Assembly: GCA_010015805.1 (NCBI GenBank)
Contig: ML978121.1
Location: 1,426,001-1,490,000, forward strand
Reading direction: 5' to 3'
DNA length: 64,000 bases
Source of the DNA: Rhizodiscina lignyota
Taxonomy: Eukaryota
The notes beneath the pieces were generated by a model. That model was not told where the DNA came from, ran no database searches, and saw nothing but the letters and a program-made list of their open reading frames with translations. A program made the translations under genes and the position numbers. How positions within the stretch are numbered: position 1 is the stretch's first letter; each line of letters begins with the position of its first letter. Below are positions 35,508 to 48,449 of this stretch, in pieces.

Positions 35508-36943
35508 ATGTTCTTCCTCGCTCTTCTCAGTGGCTCTCTCTTCATCCTACCAGTTGCTGTTACTATCGGCGTCTTCCTCGGTGTCGAGCGACAGCGCATC
35601 TTCAGCGGGGACGCCAGCACTGGCGGCGGCGGAGGAGGAGGAGGCATCTTCGGGTTGGGAAGACCGAAAGTCACCACAGATACGTACTGCCAGAAGTCGT
35701 ACGGCATAACGCCCTTTCCCGGGCGGTACATCTGTACGTCTCAGTTCCCCTGCAGTAGCTCCGACGCAGCGGTTGCGTTGGCAGAAGCATGAGGCGTCGT
35801 CTTGATTTGTGCCATCGGCGTTATTAACCTCCTTGAACCCCGTCACGCTAACCATATACAGTTAACCCAAATCAGTTACGTCGATGTCCCTGCTCGAATC
35901 AACTTTAGGTTCGCTGCCGCGAAAGCCCTGTTTCTAACGATTGACGCAGATGGGGTGATGAGCAAGATTTGGGCGACCTGTGCCTGAACGTGAGTGTCCG
36001 CCACTTTCTCTTCAGCTTTCGTCATCGTGGCTGACGACGCCTCGTTGCACCTTGCCACTTTTGCGCTCGGTCGCGCTTTGATCACGTCCCCAATTTTAAC
36101 GTCTCCGTCGTTTCCGTCGTTTCCATGTGATTCCTTGTTTCAGACAGCTGTTGTGTGACTGCGCTTGCTGAAAACTCCTGCAGATAACAACAAGCACAGC
36201 AACGAAGAGCAGCGAAGTGTACGCTGCAGGATGGTCAGTGACAGTAAGTGTCTCCTTGCTATTCAAGTTGTCGTGATTAACCCCTTTTACAGTGGCAGTA
36301 TCCGCCTGGGTCGGCGGACGAGCCTGTGCATGCTTTTCCAAACGCCAAACTTGAATTGAACGACACAATTCCGGCGCAGCTATCCGACATTAAATCCCTT
36401 TTCCTCGATGTGACGTGGACATATGGACTTGGCAACTATATTCACAACGAGACGAATAGCACTAATCTGGAAGCCGCCGGCGTTAATGCAAACGTCGCGG
36501 TCGATATGTTCTTTGCAAAAGATAAAACCAACTCCACAAGTACCACCGATTCCGATTACGAAGTAATGGTTTGGTTGGGACGCTGGGGAGCAGCCGTGGA
36601 CCCTATCGGCCTTGCGAGCGGAATTAAAGCTAACCACAGCATCAACGGTACTCATTTGTATGTTGCACAATCCAGATCATACGACAGTGCTAATTCCTTT
36701 CGAAGCTCTTTGTACTATGGTGACAACCAGAACACTGGCCAGACGGTATTCACATGGGTAGCGGATCAGAATACGACTTCCTTCACAGGGGATTTGACGC
36801 CGCTCGTGTCAAAACTAGAAGAGAATGCTGGGCCAGATGGGAAAAGTTATCTTGGATATGCTGCATTCGGCTCCGAAGCACTGTACTCCTTTGAGAACGT
36901 CACCTTTTTTGTGCCACGTCTGGAGATGGATGTCCAGGCATAG
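35508..36943 (+). CDS. GH12 endo-beta-glucanase with an N-terminal hydrophobic anchor (6 exons, including a 13-nt microexon at 35862-35874)
   Basis: Spliced translation MFFLALLSGSLFILPVAVTIGVFLGVE...GGGGGGGG...YCQKSYG...YI/FNPNQ/WG..LCLN/...WSVT/WQYP...VHAFPNA...ANVAVDMF...DYEVMVWLGRWG..DPIG...YLGYAAFGSEAL. Both GH12 catalytic Glu residues (YEVMVW, GSE) are present. Confidence 0.88.
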
Positions 36944-37843
36944 CCGAGCATTCAAACCGTTTGTATATTAGCAAACAATGACATAGAACAATGTAAACGA
37001 TGCTATCGGGCGTTTCATCACTACCTAAGAATGTCCAGAAGCATCTTGAATTTTTGGAGGATGCAATCAGGTTCAACTCTGAGCAACTCAGTTCCGATTT
37101 GTAGAACTGCCTAGAGAGTTAACGCTGCACCACTCCAAACCCCTGAATGGTGGCCCGCATCAGTTCGAGAACATTCACCGGTATCCTCGTCGTGCATTGC
37201 AGTTATCGTGTGTTGCTATGCAGGTGATGAATGCATGGCCGTTGTTTGACATGTCGTGCAACTTGTACCTTACCTTACTCGCTCCAAAGGTACGGATGTA
37301 GTGTGGTTTAGAGTCTATCGCTTATGTGTTTATTACTAAAAAGCCAAATGAAAAGCATAGTGCGCTCTATACATCCCAGTGCTTTTAGATATCGACGTCC
37401 AAGCTCATGTTGAATTGTGATTAGCTTCGCGTGTCTCGGTGGCCTTGAACGTTAATTCTCTGGTTTTTTTCTCCAGGGGCTATCTCGATCCAGCGGGCCA
37501 GGCACCCATCCCCTAGCTGGCCAGGCACCGAGAACCTAACTAGCAGGGTACCAAAAGTCTGCCTTCTCAGGTACCCGCACTCTCTGCCTAGGCCAGGCAT
37601 CAACAATTAACTACAAAGCACATATGTACTCGTCTCGAACTCATGCCATTTCTTGTTCTTATATAATCTCGTTATCGAACTCGGGATTAGTCACAGCCCT
37701 CCGCCGAGTCCATCTTTGCGTGAGAACCGCCACATTCACGCTGCATCTCCGTGGCGGAATTGTCCACAAAAGACAATTCTCCGATCGTCACACAGCCACG
37801 CCCTTGTTGCCGTGCGTGTTTTGGCCGTCTACGGTTGAATGCA

Positions 37844-39331
37844 ATGCCGGAGGCTACCGACGCTGCTCTGCAGCATACAGCCAGCATTGAGGATGCATCT
37901 GCTCCTTCTGGCAACGACCAGGCGTTGAACGATGCTGAAGAAGAACAGCGCGTTCTGCTGGCTGCCATCGACTCCTTTCAGTAGGTGCTAGATCAATACA
38001 ATTCTTTGCCGCAAATCCATTGGGTGTTCATCGTCCGCGAAATCTCCTAAAGTAGACGTCTTGCTGCATGTAATGATCTCTAAGCTCCCACGGCAATTCC
38101 AATGCTGATGCCCTCTCCTCATCATAACGCTTACTTCTCCCGCAGATCCTATCGCACAGCTGCTCATTACAATGTCACTCATCTCCGTCGTCAATCTTTC
38201 TATGCTTTGCCTCAGGCTCACTGGACTCTTCTGGCCGAGCCTCCTTTCTCAATCCTCGATACGTTCAACGAGGTAGACGACGCGATTGATGCAAACGCGG
38301 ACATTGCCGAAGCAATTGCGAACGCCGCATTACCACCATTCGGAATCGCTCTGGAAGAAGACGGAGAAGCATCCCATGAAGGAAACTCCAATAATAATGA
38401 GGTTCCCTGGAGAGGCCAAGCCACCCCCTCAGACCGGGATAAGGCGCGAAGCACTCTCCGTCAAATCTACAGAGACTGGAGCGCAGAAGGTGCAGCAGAA
38501 CGTGATGCCTGCTATGGGCCAATTCTACAAGCCCTTCAATCCGAATTCTCCTCGACACCGGATCGAGAGAAGGGTAATATCAGTGTACTCGTCCCTGGAG
38601 CCGGTCTTGGTCGCCTTGTGTTCGAAGTGTGCCGTGCGGGATTCGCAGCTGAAGGGAATGAGATATCCTTTCATCAACTCCTGACCAGCTCGTACATTCT
38701 GAACCATAGTAGCCGCGCGGATCAATTCGCTCTGTACCCCTTCGCGCTCTCGTTCTCAAACCACGTCAGCCGCTCTAACCAGCTCCGCAAAGTCCTCATT
38801 CCAGACGTCCATCCGGCCACGGCTCTCGAGGAAGCTTCAGCTGGAATGGATATTCACGCTTTCGAGAGACTAGGCATGGCTGCGGCAGACTTCTGCGTGG
38901 CGTATAAGGAACCCCATAGCAAGGATAAGTATGATGCAATCGCTACCGCCTTCTTCATTGACACTGCGCCAAACTTGATTGCATATATCGAAGCCATACA
39001 AAACTGCCTCAAGTCTGGTGGTATATGGGTTAATGTCGGCCCATTGCTCTGGCACTTTGAGAACAACCCGCCTGGGAAGCCTGAGCAGGGAAGCCGACAG
39101 CCTTCGGCATCTGACCCGCGGGACGCCACGTTCGGCAACCAGTCTCTCGGGATCGGAGAGGCAGGGTCTGTCGAACTGTCGGAAGAGGAAGTCGTGCACC
39201 TCGTTCAGCACTTTGGATTCACGATGGAGAAGCATGAATGGGGCGTGCATTCCACAGGCTACATTCAGGACCCGAGAAGCATGTTGCAAAACGTCTATAA
39301 GCCCTCATTCTGGATTGCGAGGAAAAGGTAG
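37844..39331 (+). CDS. Carnosine N-methyltransferase / N2227-like SAM-dependent methyltransferase
   Basis: EEQRVLLAAIDSF/..Y...AHYNVTHLRRQSFYALP...KARSTLRQIYRDWSAEG...VLVPGAGLGRL...EGNEISFHQL...FFIDTA...GGIWVNVGPLLWHFE. Confidence 0.92.
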
Positions 39332-39529
39332 AAAATGGTATCATCCACGTAATTTGAGAGAAGAGGTCTCGTTGGCTCATCATGCTCGTCCGACATTTAT
39401 CAAAAGCAATTCCCCAAGCCAGCTAGCCTCGCTATGCTCCTGCCGCAACGCCTTTACCATGCCGGCCGTTATGTTCTTAATGCAGCAGTGTTTCTCGTTT
39501 CGTCGTTAGTCCAGGATCATGAAATTGGT

Positions 39530-40268
39530 TCATTCCGTTTCCTTCTTGAAGTATTCGTCATAGCTCCCTTTGTATCCCAGCAACAACTCTCCGATAAGGA
39601 CCCCTCCGACATAGACGAGCGCCCAGCTGACAGCTCTTCCAACAAAAGCCGGTATGAACGGACTCGGTATCGGTACCGCTAGCGGGGTGCTGCTGGCATA
39701 CAGAAAGAGCAGAAGTTGGAAGATACTCGGCTCCATCTTCCCCTTTTTGCAGTCGTCGATGTAGCTAAAGAATGATGTTAGCGCTCGGCTCTCCATATCG
39801 AAGGTGTTCCCAGTCATTGAGGCTCCCTTACCCCAGGAAATTCCTGAAGAAACTGTGCTCGGCGTCCCTCAGATCTGGATCCAGTGCAATCTGTAGCACC
39901 ATCACATTGTCTGGGTCCGGGTTCTCAAAGCGATGATAAGCACCCATTGGAATGACAATGGTCTCCCCGGCGTTGATCACGGTTGGCTTGCTCGCGTCCG
40001 GCACCATGCAGGTCTCGGTGTTCAGGAAGAAGTGTCCAACGCCTTCGCGGACGGTCAGCGTTTCGACTTGTACCGCATGGAAGTGAAGCGGCGGGTTGAA
40101 CGCAGAGGGGATGCCGGCCTTTGGAATGACGTGCGTTACGCCATAACGCGAGTTCTCGGCGAGGGAGTGGAATTCTTGGGAGGCGCGGCCGTCTTCGTAG
40201 TATACTTTCGACTGAGCAGCGGTGTTTGAGCGCCGCGGTGGGTGTCCGCCAGCGAGGAAGGAGAGCAT
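39530..40268 (-). CDS. Cupin-domain protein (one intron at about 39.76-39.83 kb)
   Basis: PPLHFHAVQVETLTVREG and IPMGAYHRFEN cupin motifs, followed by FFRNFL/GYIDDC...PSIFQLLLFL and a hydrophobic C-terminal part. Confidence 0.85.
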
Positions 40269-42430
40269 GTTGGAGGGGCGCAGTTGAGGAGGCGATGTGG
40301 TGATAATGCTTCATCAACTCCTCACCGCCTGCGGGACATGCCAATGCGGCTCTGGCTTTGATACGGCGTTCGCTGCCGGTTGCTCGGGCGGTTGTTCGGC
40401 CCAGTCTATGGGTCGGTCGTGGCTGCCTCCCAAGGACCCTGCTCTTGCGACATAGATGCGTGCTTAAAGTCAGACTTCAAGTGTTCATCTCCGCGCTCTC
40501 ATGTTCACGGGGTCCCGTGAGGCTGTGAATGAGAACACTCTCAGAACACTGTCCCGCGGGCCTGCTGCCGCAGCTCGCTCCTTCCACTGGTCACTCGAGG
40601 ATCACGCTCATTCCTTCACTGTTGAGAACAGGCGCTTGGAGCGCGCGGGGTCCCAACCAGTGTTTTCGGTTTCGTTTTGCGGTTTCGTTTCCTTCTGCTT
40701 GAGCCTTGCCCCAATTGGGCATGATAAGGGAATATCTGGAATATCTTCTTTCCATGCTCCTTTGCCAACCTCCTCCGTCCGCCATGGCGCCAGCAACAGC
40801 AGTGTAAGTAGAGGTCACGTTGGCGCGAGCAGATCTGGAAGTGGTGATAATATACTACATCCCCACAATTGACGTCGTGTCGGTAACGTGTGGGATTATT
40901 CCGCCCGCCCACGCGAGGGGTATAAGATCCGATGCTTAACCTTCGCCTTCCAGCAGGGATTGCCCTTTCGCTGACGTGGAAAACGGCGCTGAAAACGCTG
41001 CAGGGGGAATATGGTCAAAGACAGTCGCGCGCGTCAGCTTGGGAATGCACGTAAGAAGGCCTTGTGGGCCGGCGAAATGAATGGCAGAGAGACGCCTTGC
41101 ATCAGAGCTAGGGGACCAGTCCGAGATGCTCCACACTCCTGGACTATTCTCCGCTGCATGAACAACAATCCGAGCTGAAGTAGTCGCAGCTGCTGCCGCT
41201 GCTGCATATACGATGGAATGCGAATCTATCCTTCGTTCCGTACGTTACTCGCGACCCATAGGGTTATTAAGCTGTAGAAGAATCCAGACATCGAGGGAGT
41301 CCAACGCAAATGGAGACTAAGCCGTATCGACGCTGTATCGACCCAAGGAATCTCTGGAGCCCCAGTATATTTTTTTTCCGTGGGCCTCGTGTTTCTCGCT
41401 TATTGCATGATCCGCACATCCAATTAATTTTCCGAAAACGTTGCCGCTTTCAGGAGCATTGGAGTGACATGTCACTCATTCTGATCGGCGCGATGCTGGA
41501 GGTTCACACTTTCGCCTTAATGGACGAAAGGCCTATAATGCTGCCTAAATATCACCCAAGCTGCCTTGGGCTGGATGATCGGCAAATACACAGACTCCAG
41601 GCAGCGAATAGCCTGACTGCCGATGCAAAGGCGGGAGAATATGCAGGAGTAAACAAGAGACTGCTGTATGTCAAGGACAAGGGGCGAGGCCGTGGGCCGT
41701 AGCGCACTGCATGTTAAATGACTCGCATAAGCCTGCACGCTGCCAGGATTGCTATTGAATATTGATTTGCATGCAAATACCAATTTCGCAGGTTCTTGTT
41801 CAGCAAATACAGTGATGCTACCAGAGCGAGCCACGAGCGCGCAGCAGAGACAGGAGAGCAAAAGAGTTTTGCAATACGTACAGCTCAGCAATCGGAAATT
41901 GCGAGACGCGCCAACACACCCCGAACAAGTAAGAACACCTCCACTCGTTTCTCTGGTCTTTTGTACAAAAATTCAAAATTGCATATGCCATGGACCACTT
42001 CGCCATCTCGTGCGTTGCCATGCGGACACCTGAACACCTAACATCACCCAGAGACGAGCTGTGACCCTAGCATAGGCCCTTTCAGAGTCCCCTTGAAACG
42101 TTCTAATCACACATTGACGAGAAAGACCAACGATTGGAAGGGCATAGCGCCCGATCCAGTGTACAAGTTGGCCAAGAAAAACCCGATCCTGAACTGCCCC
42201 CAAATGCACCTAGCATGTGGTATCCTGTGAGTGCAGCCATCAAAAACATAGGAGAGACGTTTCCATGGACCCATAGACAGTATCGTGACAACGTGCGCCG
42301 CAATATGGACGTACATGAAATTAGAGCTGCCGTCTGCGCACCAGTCTAGCCGACGAGAACGAAAGTATTAAAGGGTGCGCAGATCGAGTATGAACAGCTG
42401 TGGGATGCGGACGGATGGTCGATTGTGCGG

Positions 42431-43743
42431 TTATCTTCGCCTTCCTGAGGACGAGGCTACCGTGTTCTGGTCATCGAGCAGATCAAGACACTGCATGAGT
42501 ACTAGATAGCTCCATTAGACTGTTACACCTCATCCTTCAGGTCTTTGGGGCTCACAATCCATTATCGACTCCTCCCATACTCCCATCTGATAATCTACTA
42601 GCCCGTGCTTCTCCATGATGTCGCAGAGCCGCACGAGTTCGTTGCCCATATTCTTCAGGAATTCGACTTCCATAAGTGTTTGCGGTGCTTGTGGAGGTTG
42701 TCCGGTTTTGTGCATCTCGACCGTGAGATCTTTTTGCCTCTGCAGAGCAGCTAGCCAACAGTAGTTGAACTCCTCCCAGAGCCTTAATCGCTCGTCGTGC
42801 ATGGCTTCCTCATCACGAACTAGACCTGTGTCAATGTTGCTCAGTCGCAATTCTCTCAATAACGCCAAAACGGAGCTATCTCCGGCGACGAAAAATTTGA
42901 ATGTCAGGACATACCCAGCGACTCAGCATTCCCTAGTAACCACTCGGATACGCGCACCAGGGAGCTCCCTGCTTCAGCCAGCCTTCCATCTCTCACATTT
43001 TCGTTTGTTCTCCGTAACTCTCCCTGATACTGCTGGTATGCCGCATCGAACTCAGATCCGCTCTGCGCTGAGTAGCCTTGTGTGCCGTATTGTGAAGTCG
43101 TCCCTTGCGCCGAAGTATCTGTCATAGCCGCGCCATAGGCAGACGCAATAGGCTCACGAGCGTGCGCGACAGGGCTCTGCTGCGTATACGACAGCGATGG
43201 GTACTGAGAGGGAACATTCTGCTGCGCTATTGCTGTGTTTGGTGCGCTCGTAGGACCTGTATCACCGGCCCCTGGGACATAATATTGCTGTGGTACCCCA
43301 AACTGCGTCGCTAACACCTCGACCGCTGCCGATTGCCGAGGCTGCTGCGCGTAAGGTTGCACAGAGTCGTAAGGCGAAGCTGGCGAAGCTCCCTGCTGCT
43401 GCCCGGGCACGTTGTACATGATATTTGATCCATACTGGCTATATTGTGGTTGTTGCTGTGAGCGCGTCGAATCTGACGTGTACTCTGGCTGATACTGGAT
43501 TGTTCCCGCCTGCATTGAGGAGCCGACGAACTGCGCGCCTTCACCGTACCCGTAGGCGCCGTAAGTCTGACTACCAGCTCTTCGATTTGACGGTGCTGAT
43601 GTTGGTGACTGCTGTAGTGTCGCCTGTCGATAGCGATCCGGCGCGCTCGCTGGCGGATACTGCGGCGATTGTTGTAGGAGTCCCTGCTGAGTGGTGTAGC
43701 CTGTTGGATTGCTCTGCCTTTGCCGCCGGTCATTATTTTCCAT
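42431..43743 (-). CDS. Conserved uncharacterised protein with a Q/Y/S-rich low-complexity N-terminus and a helical C-terminal domain (3 exons)
   Basis: MENNDRRQRQ...YQQYQGELRRT...GRLAEAG..L..VSEWLLGNAESL/GLVRDE...RLRLWEEFNYCWLAALQRQK...LVRLCD.MEKHGLVDYQMGVWEE/LLMQCLDLL...SGRRR*. Canonical introns. Confidence 0.85.
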
Positions 43744-46700
43744 CCCACCCGCTCGGTCCTTTAACGCTACGGGCGGATCGAGGACCCTTCGATGCGCCGA
43801 CGGCGAGAGAGGCGGGGTCGCATAGAGCAGTGCCAGCTTTTCGAACTTGGATTTCGAATGAGCTATGTGGAGCGGCGGGTGTTGTTGTGCGATGGTAAGC
43901 GTGCCCGTGTCTGCTAAATGACACTTTCAGTCCACGGAGCCACGGAACACGGACTGATGACCTTATAGTACAACAACCATTAGACGCGAACACTCTTGAC
44001 TATTCTTCGCATGAGAAGGGACGTACCGAGCCAAGCTGGAGCAAAGACTGAATCACAGGCGAAAAAGAAAGGTTGGATGAGGCACGCGGATGATGCCCAA
44101 TGGGACCATGCAAAAGCTCAAGTTGAATGTCAGGTCCCAAAAGAATGTCTTGCACAGAACGGAGCGACAAGGGTACCCTCGAGGCAAATCGACAGCGCAA
44201 AAGAAACGCAAAGGCGAGAATCCTGGAATTATACCTGGTTTGCAGCTCCCCGGGTGAGATCAAGCGAGCAAGATGAACTGGCAATGCGGACTAGCTGGAC
44301 GAGCTTGACCCAGGCGTGATGACAGCCCTGTGTGGGTTTAGCCAGGACTGGCCTTGGTGCGTCAGACGTGATGTTCGACCGGGCTTGAAACGACGCGTGA
44401 AGGGAGGCCCTTGTAAGGCCGCTCCACTCCACGAGGGCGCCCAGCTGCGGCAGCACGTGTGACGCGATTTCGGCGAGGGAAGCTTCTAACCTTCTGGAAA
44501 GACCAAGGAGGACCGAGCGCGGTAAGGTTCCGGCAGGTCAGCGCTGGTTTCGAGTGCAGAGTGCCGGAAACGTTCGCTCGAATGGACAGAGCCGCAATGA
44601 GATGTTCCTGCTCGATTACGCCGGGTCGAGTCAGAGTCAGGACTCAAGACAGAAGTGCGACGGGCTAAAGACGTCTTTGTAAGCCCGGCGGCCACGCGCG
44701 CTGAGCGGGAGAGATGCGAAGGAGGCAACAGCAGAAGAAGAAGCATGAAATTGGGAAGTTGCAGAGTTACGAACCTGCTCAGAGCGCGCTCCGCTCTCCA
44801 TTGGCTGCCGTCCCACGACAGCAATAACGGACGAGTGGCAGCACTTGAGACGAACGGGCAGGAAGGGTGACTACGGCAGATAGATGGAGCAGAGAGGCTA
44901 TGCTCGAAACAACATCGCCCAGTGCTAACCAACGCTTTAGGGCCCAGAGGAGCGCAGGCCGGAGCAAAAGAGCCAATTGCTTCGTGCCGGGGCCAAGCTT
45001 GAGATGGGGACGCGCAACAGGCCGGCGGAGGGGGTGGCAGAGGGGAGGGTAGGATTGAGCTTTGGTAGCAGGCCGGCAGGGCTGGCTAGTGAGAGTATTT
45101 GTAGAGTGATGGCGCGCCGACGTCGACGAGGACGCGTTGGTCCTGGTGTAACGCTTGCGGCGCCATCGACTGCCAAACCCAAAAAGGTGAGCGAGATGTG
45201 GTCCCCGATGGGCACCAGAAGGGACCGGCGGATGACAAGACGAGGAAGAGTGGGGAGCAACGCCGCCAACGCCACACTCGAGCTTCCAACTCTCGCCGTG
45301 GCCTGCGAAAGCGGCGTGCTATTGCATCCAGCATCGCGTGACGGCGACTTGGCCTTGACGGATGCTGGAGCACTTCAAACTCACCACGCGCCCTGCCCGC
45401 CGCGCCGTACGCCGGGAGCAGAGATTTTCACGCGCGCAGGCTCGCTGTCGCGCTCTGCCTCGACGCCAGCTGAGGCAGCGCGAATGAGCAGCAAGATGGA
45501 TCGAAGAGGCTTGCCAGCCGTCCCAGCTTCCTGGGAGGCGTGGCGGGCCGACTCAGTGCAGTGCATGTTGAAGCTGGCGCCGCACTCGCTGCCATTGGGT
45601 GCAGGGCGAAGAAAAAGTCCGAATGCCTTTGGGTCGCGTTACAGAGATCTGCGAGATGCGCTCTGGACTTCAGGGCTGGCGGGCAGGGGGCAGCTTCCAA
45701 CCATAATCTCCCCACTTTGGGTAAATCGCTGTTGATGCCCGACCATTCGCCAGATGGACTGCTCCCCTTTCGCTCCATGCCTCGTGCATTCACGCTGCGC
45801 GCGGCCACAATTTCAAAAAGCTCTCCGTCTAGAACTCGGCGCGTCACGAGGCCAGTCCAATGGCGACGATCGGCCTTCCCGCTGCATCCGCTCAGCAAAC
45901 GACGAGCGGCAACGCGGCTGGTGGCTTGTGCAGAGGATATTTCAGTCCTGCCATCCCAAGTCAATGCCTGGGCGTGGGCGGGAGCAAGTCAATGCGCTCT
46001 GTCACTGCAGTGTCTTATTACATCGCACCGCTCATGCCCTGACCTTTGGCGACGTTCCTGCGCATGCCGAGTGGGGAGCGTCATGGCGACCTCAAAGTGC
46101 CACTATGGGCTTACTACTGGTCGCAGTAAGCGAGAGAGAGGTCGCTGCTCCGCCCAAGGGCGGTACTAGTGCACGGGTATTGACGAGCAGAAGTTCATCA
46201 GGGGAATGGTCCGCCTGAAGCAGGCGAACATGCGCGCACGTCGATCACAGATCCGATGCATTCGCTCTGCGCGACTCAGTCGCCACGACGAGGAGCCTCA
46301 CTTAGCCTCACCAAACGCTTCATCGCAGTCTAGAAAGTGTGGCCACTGTCGATCCAATACATGTTTATTTTAAGCACGCCGCACGCGATCCATCTCGCTT
46401 TCGAGCCGTCCTTACTACTCCCGGCTATCCGGATCCGTGCGGCGCCTCTTAGTACATAGATACAGATTACAATATGTAATGCCACCGACCGAGTTCGGCT
46501 TTAGCAGCTTGGAAGACTCACACGGCACCTCCTCTGCGCACAGTACTGTGGAGTGCCAAAATTGCTTCTTGGAGCGTAAGCAGGAAAGCAACCCGGCTGC
46601 CCGGATATATGACCTCGTCATCACCCAAACTCCCAGACAATAAGCTCACTCCTAATCAGAGCAGAAAAAGTCTATCCTCTGGCCTTTGTCCACTTCCTGC

Positions 46701-48449
46701 CGGTAGCATGCTTGCGATTGGATCAATGTCCATGTGCTCAGCAATGCACTTCACCAAGACTCTGACCAACTTCAGCAGTGTCGCCGTTCATGGCTGACCT
46801 CAGTTCATGGACCGTCCAAAGCATGTTTGCATGGCTCTGGCAAGCACTCCTGTAACCTGCCCAGCTCCCATGCGCCGACGTCACGCGACGGCCACCCTTC
46901 CGTTGCGACTCCAACGGTTTTCTCATGATCCACGCCGTGGATCGCCGCCTGGCTTGAGCGGCACGCCTTTGGCAAGGATGCTCCGAGATGAGATTGAGGG
47001 GGATATTGCACATTCTCCCCTAGCGCGTTCCCTCGTCCTTTCCAGAAGTTTCAGGTTCTTCCAGAACGACCATTCTTCCGACATGGCAGCGAATCATGCG
47101 CAGATGAACACCGCCCGCATGATATGCTTTGTGTACGTCCGCACTCGAAGGATCCGCGAAGTTCCCCATGTGGCTGGACGCGTTTCGCGTTTCCGCCTTG
47201 AGCATCGCGTCACGGACTCACGGTGCACTTTTGGGGTTCATCCTGCGTGCAGCAGGCAGCCATCGAAGAAGCTTTCAATGCCCTCACTCTCCCGGCGAAC
47301 GCTCGTAAACAAGATATCTCGCGTCACGCCACAAGGACCAACGGATGCGCTGGAGAGACTCCTCACCAACACCTGCGTACAGCACTAATGTCCACATAGT
47401 TTCATGATCGAACACCAAGCACGCCTCACGATAGTAAGCTTATCTCTGCCAGCACTCATCCTTCTGGAAGGTTTTATGGCACTTTGCTTCGGCATTGCGC
47501 GCATACATATGCGACGCTGGAGTGCCACGCGAGTACGCCAGCCACAACATCTGTGCATGACTAAAGGCCGCGATTGTCAAAGCTCTCATGTATTCGGTAA
47601 TTGGACCTGCAAGGCTGGAGCTCGTATACACGGGTAGTAGCGAGCGTTTGCAGGGCTGAATCTGCATGCAGGCTTCCGTGTCATCAATATGGGTTCATGC
47701 TTGTGCATACCCGGAAAGATGGAAAGGATCGCCAATGTCGACATCAAGCTGTCACAGGCCATGACTTCGGTCTTAGTGACCTTTTCCTCGACGCATCCCG
47801 CTGTCGCTGGCAGATTTTGCGCATTGCAAGAATAGACGAAGAAATGTCAAACACCGTTCGGTGGAGTACATTGAGCATACGACATCCTACAATCAATCCG
47901 AAACATGCAAGGGCGGTGGATCGCAAACCCGACCACGACTGAGCGATAGTGAGGCAAACCGCCGACGAAACAAAGCAACTCTTGTCGGAGAATGAATCTC
48001 AAAGATACGTAACTCTTGAGGAGCCTTGTAACTGCGGAAATAATAGTCCAATGGACCGATGTAATGCGTACGTTATCGCTTCATGCCTCATGACTGACCA
48101 AGCAATATGTCGGAGCGGAATGAATGCGCTCCGCTGCATCTCAATTACTTCCAAACCATAGACATATACGTATTTGAAAGCTTATACGTTGCGTTCAGAT
48201 CGCTATACATGATCTTAAGGCATGAGGATCGTTATTAGCGATCTCTAGTTCATCGTTCTTCTCTCGTTGGTCAAGATGTACACAGAATTATTTGTTTTGC
48301 TAAGCATTCTCATACTCTTGATGCTATCAGACATTTAGTATCCTCTGTACAAATGGGGTTTGCCAATGCTATGTGAGCCGGCATAAATGCATACAACATG
48401 AATATTTGTACAGTCGCGAAAATGCGGCAAAACGTAATGTGAATCCCGA

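Noticed and set aside
37844..40268. Methyltransferase and cupin as part of the GT2/GH12 module or a secondary-metabolite cluster
   Set aside because: The N2227-type methyltransferase is a widely conserved housekeeping gene, and there is no backbone synthase or transporter nearby.
40500..42400. Structured ncRNA (telomerase, RNase P/MRP, tRNA) in the intergenic region
   Set aside because: No telomeric template, P4 consensus or tRNA A/B boxes were found by eye.
44937..46218. Several 150-250 aa overlapping ORFs
   Set aside because: They are Arg/Ala/Ser-rich products of GC-rich non-coding DNA, with no motifs, mostly non-ATG starts and no splice pattern.
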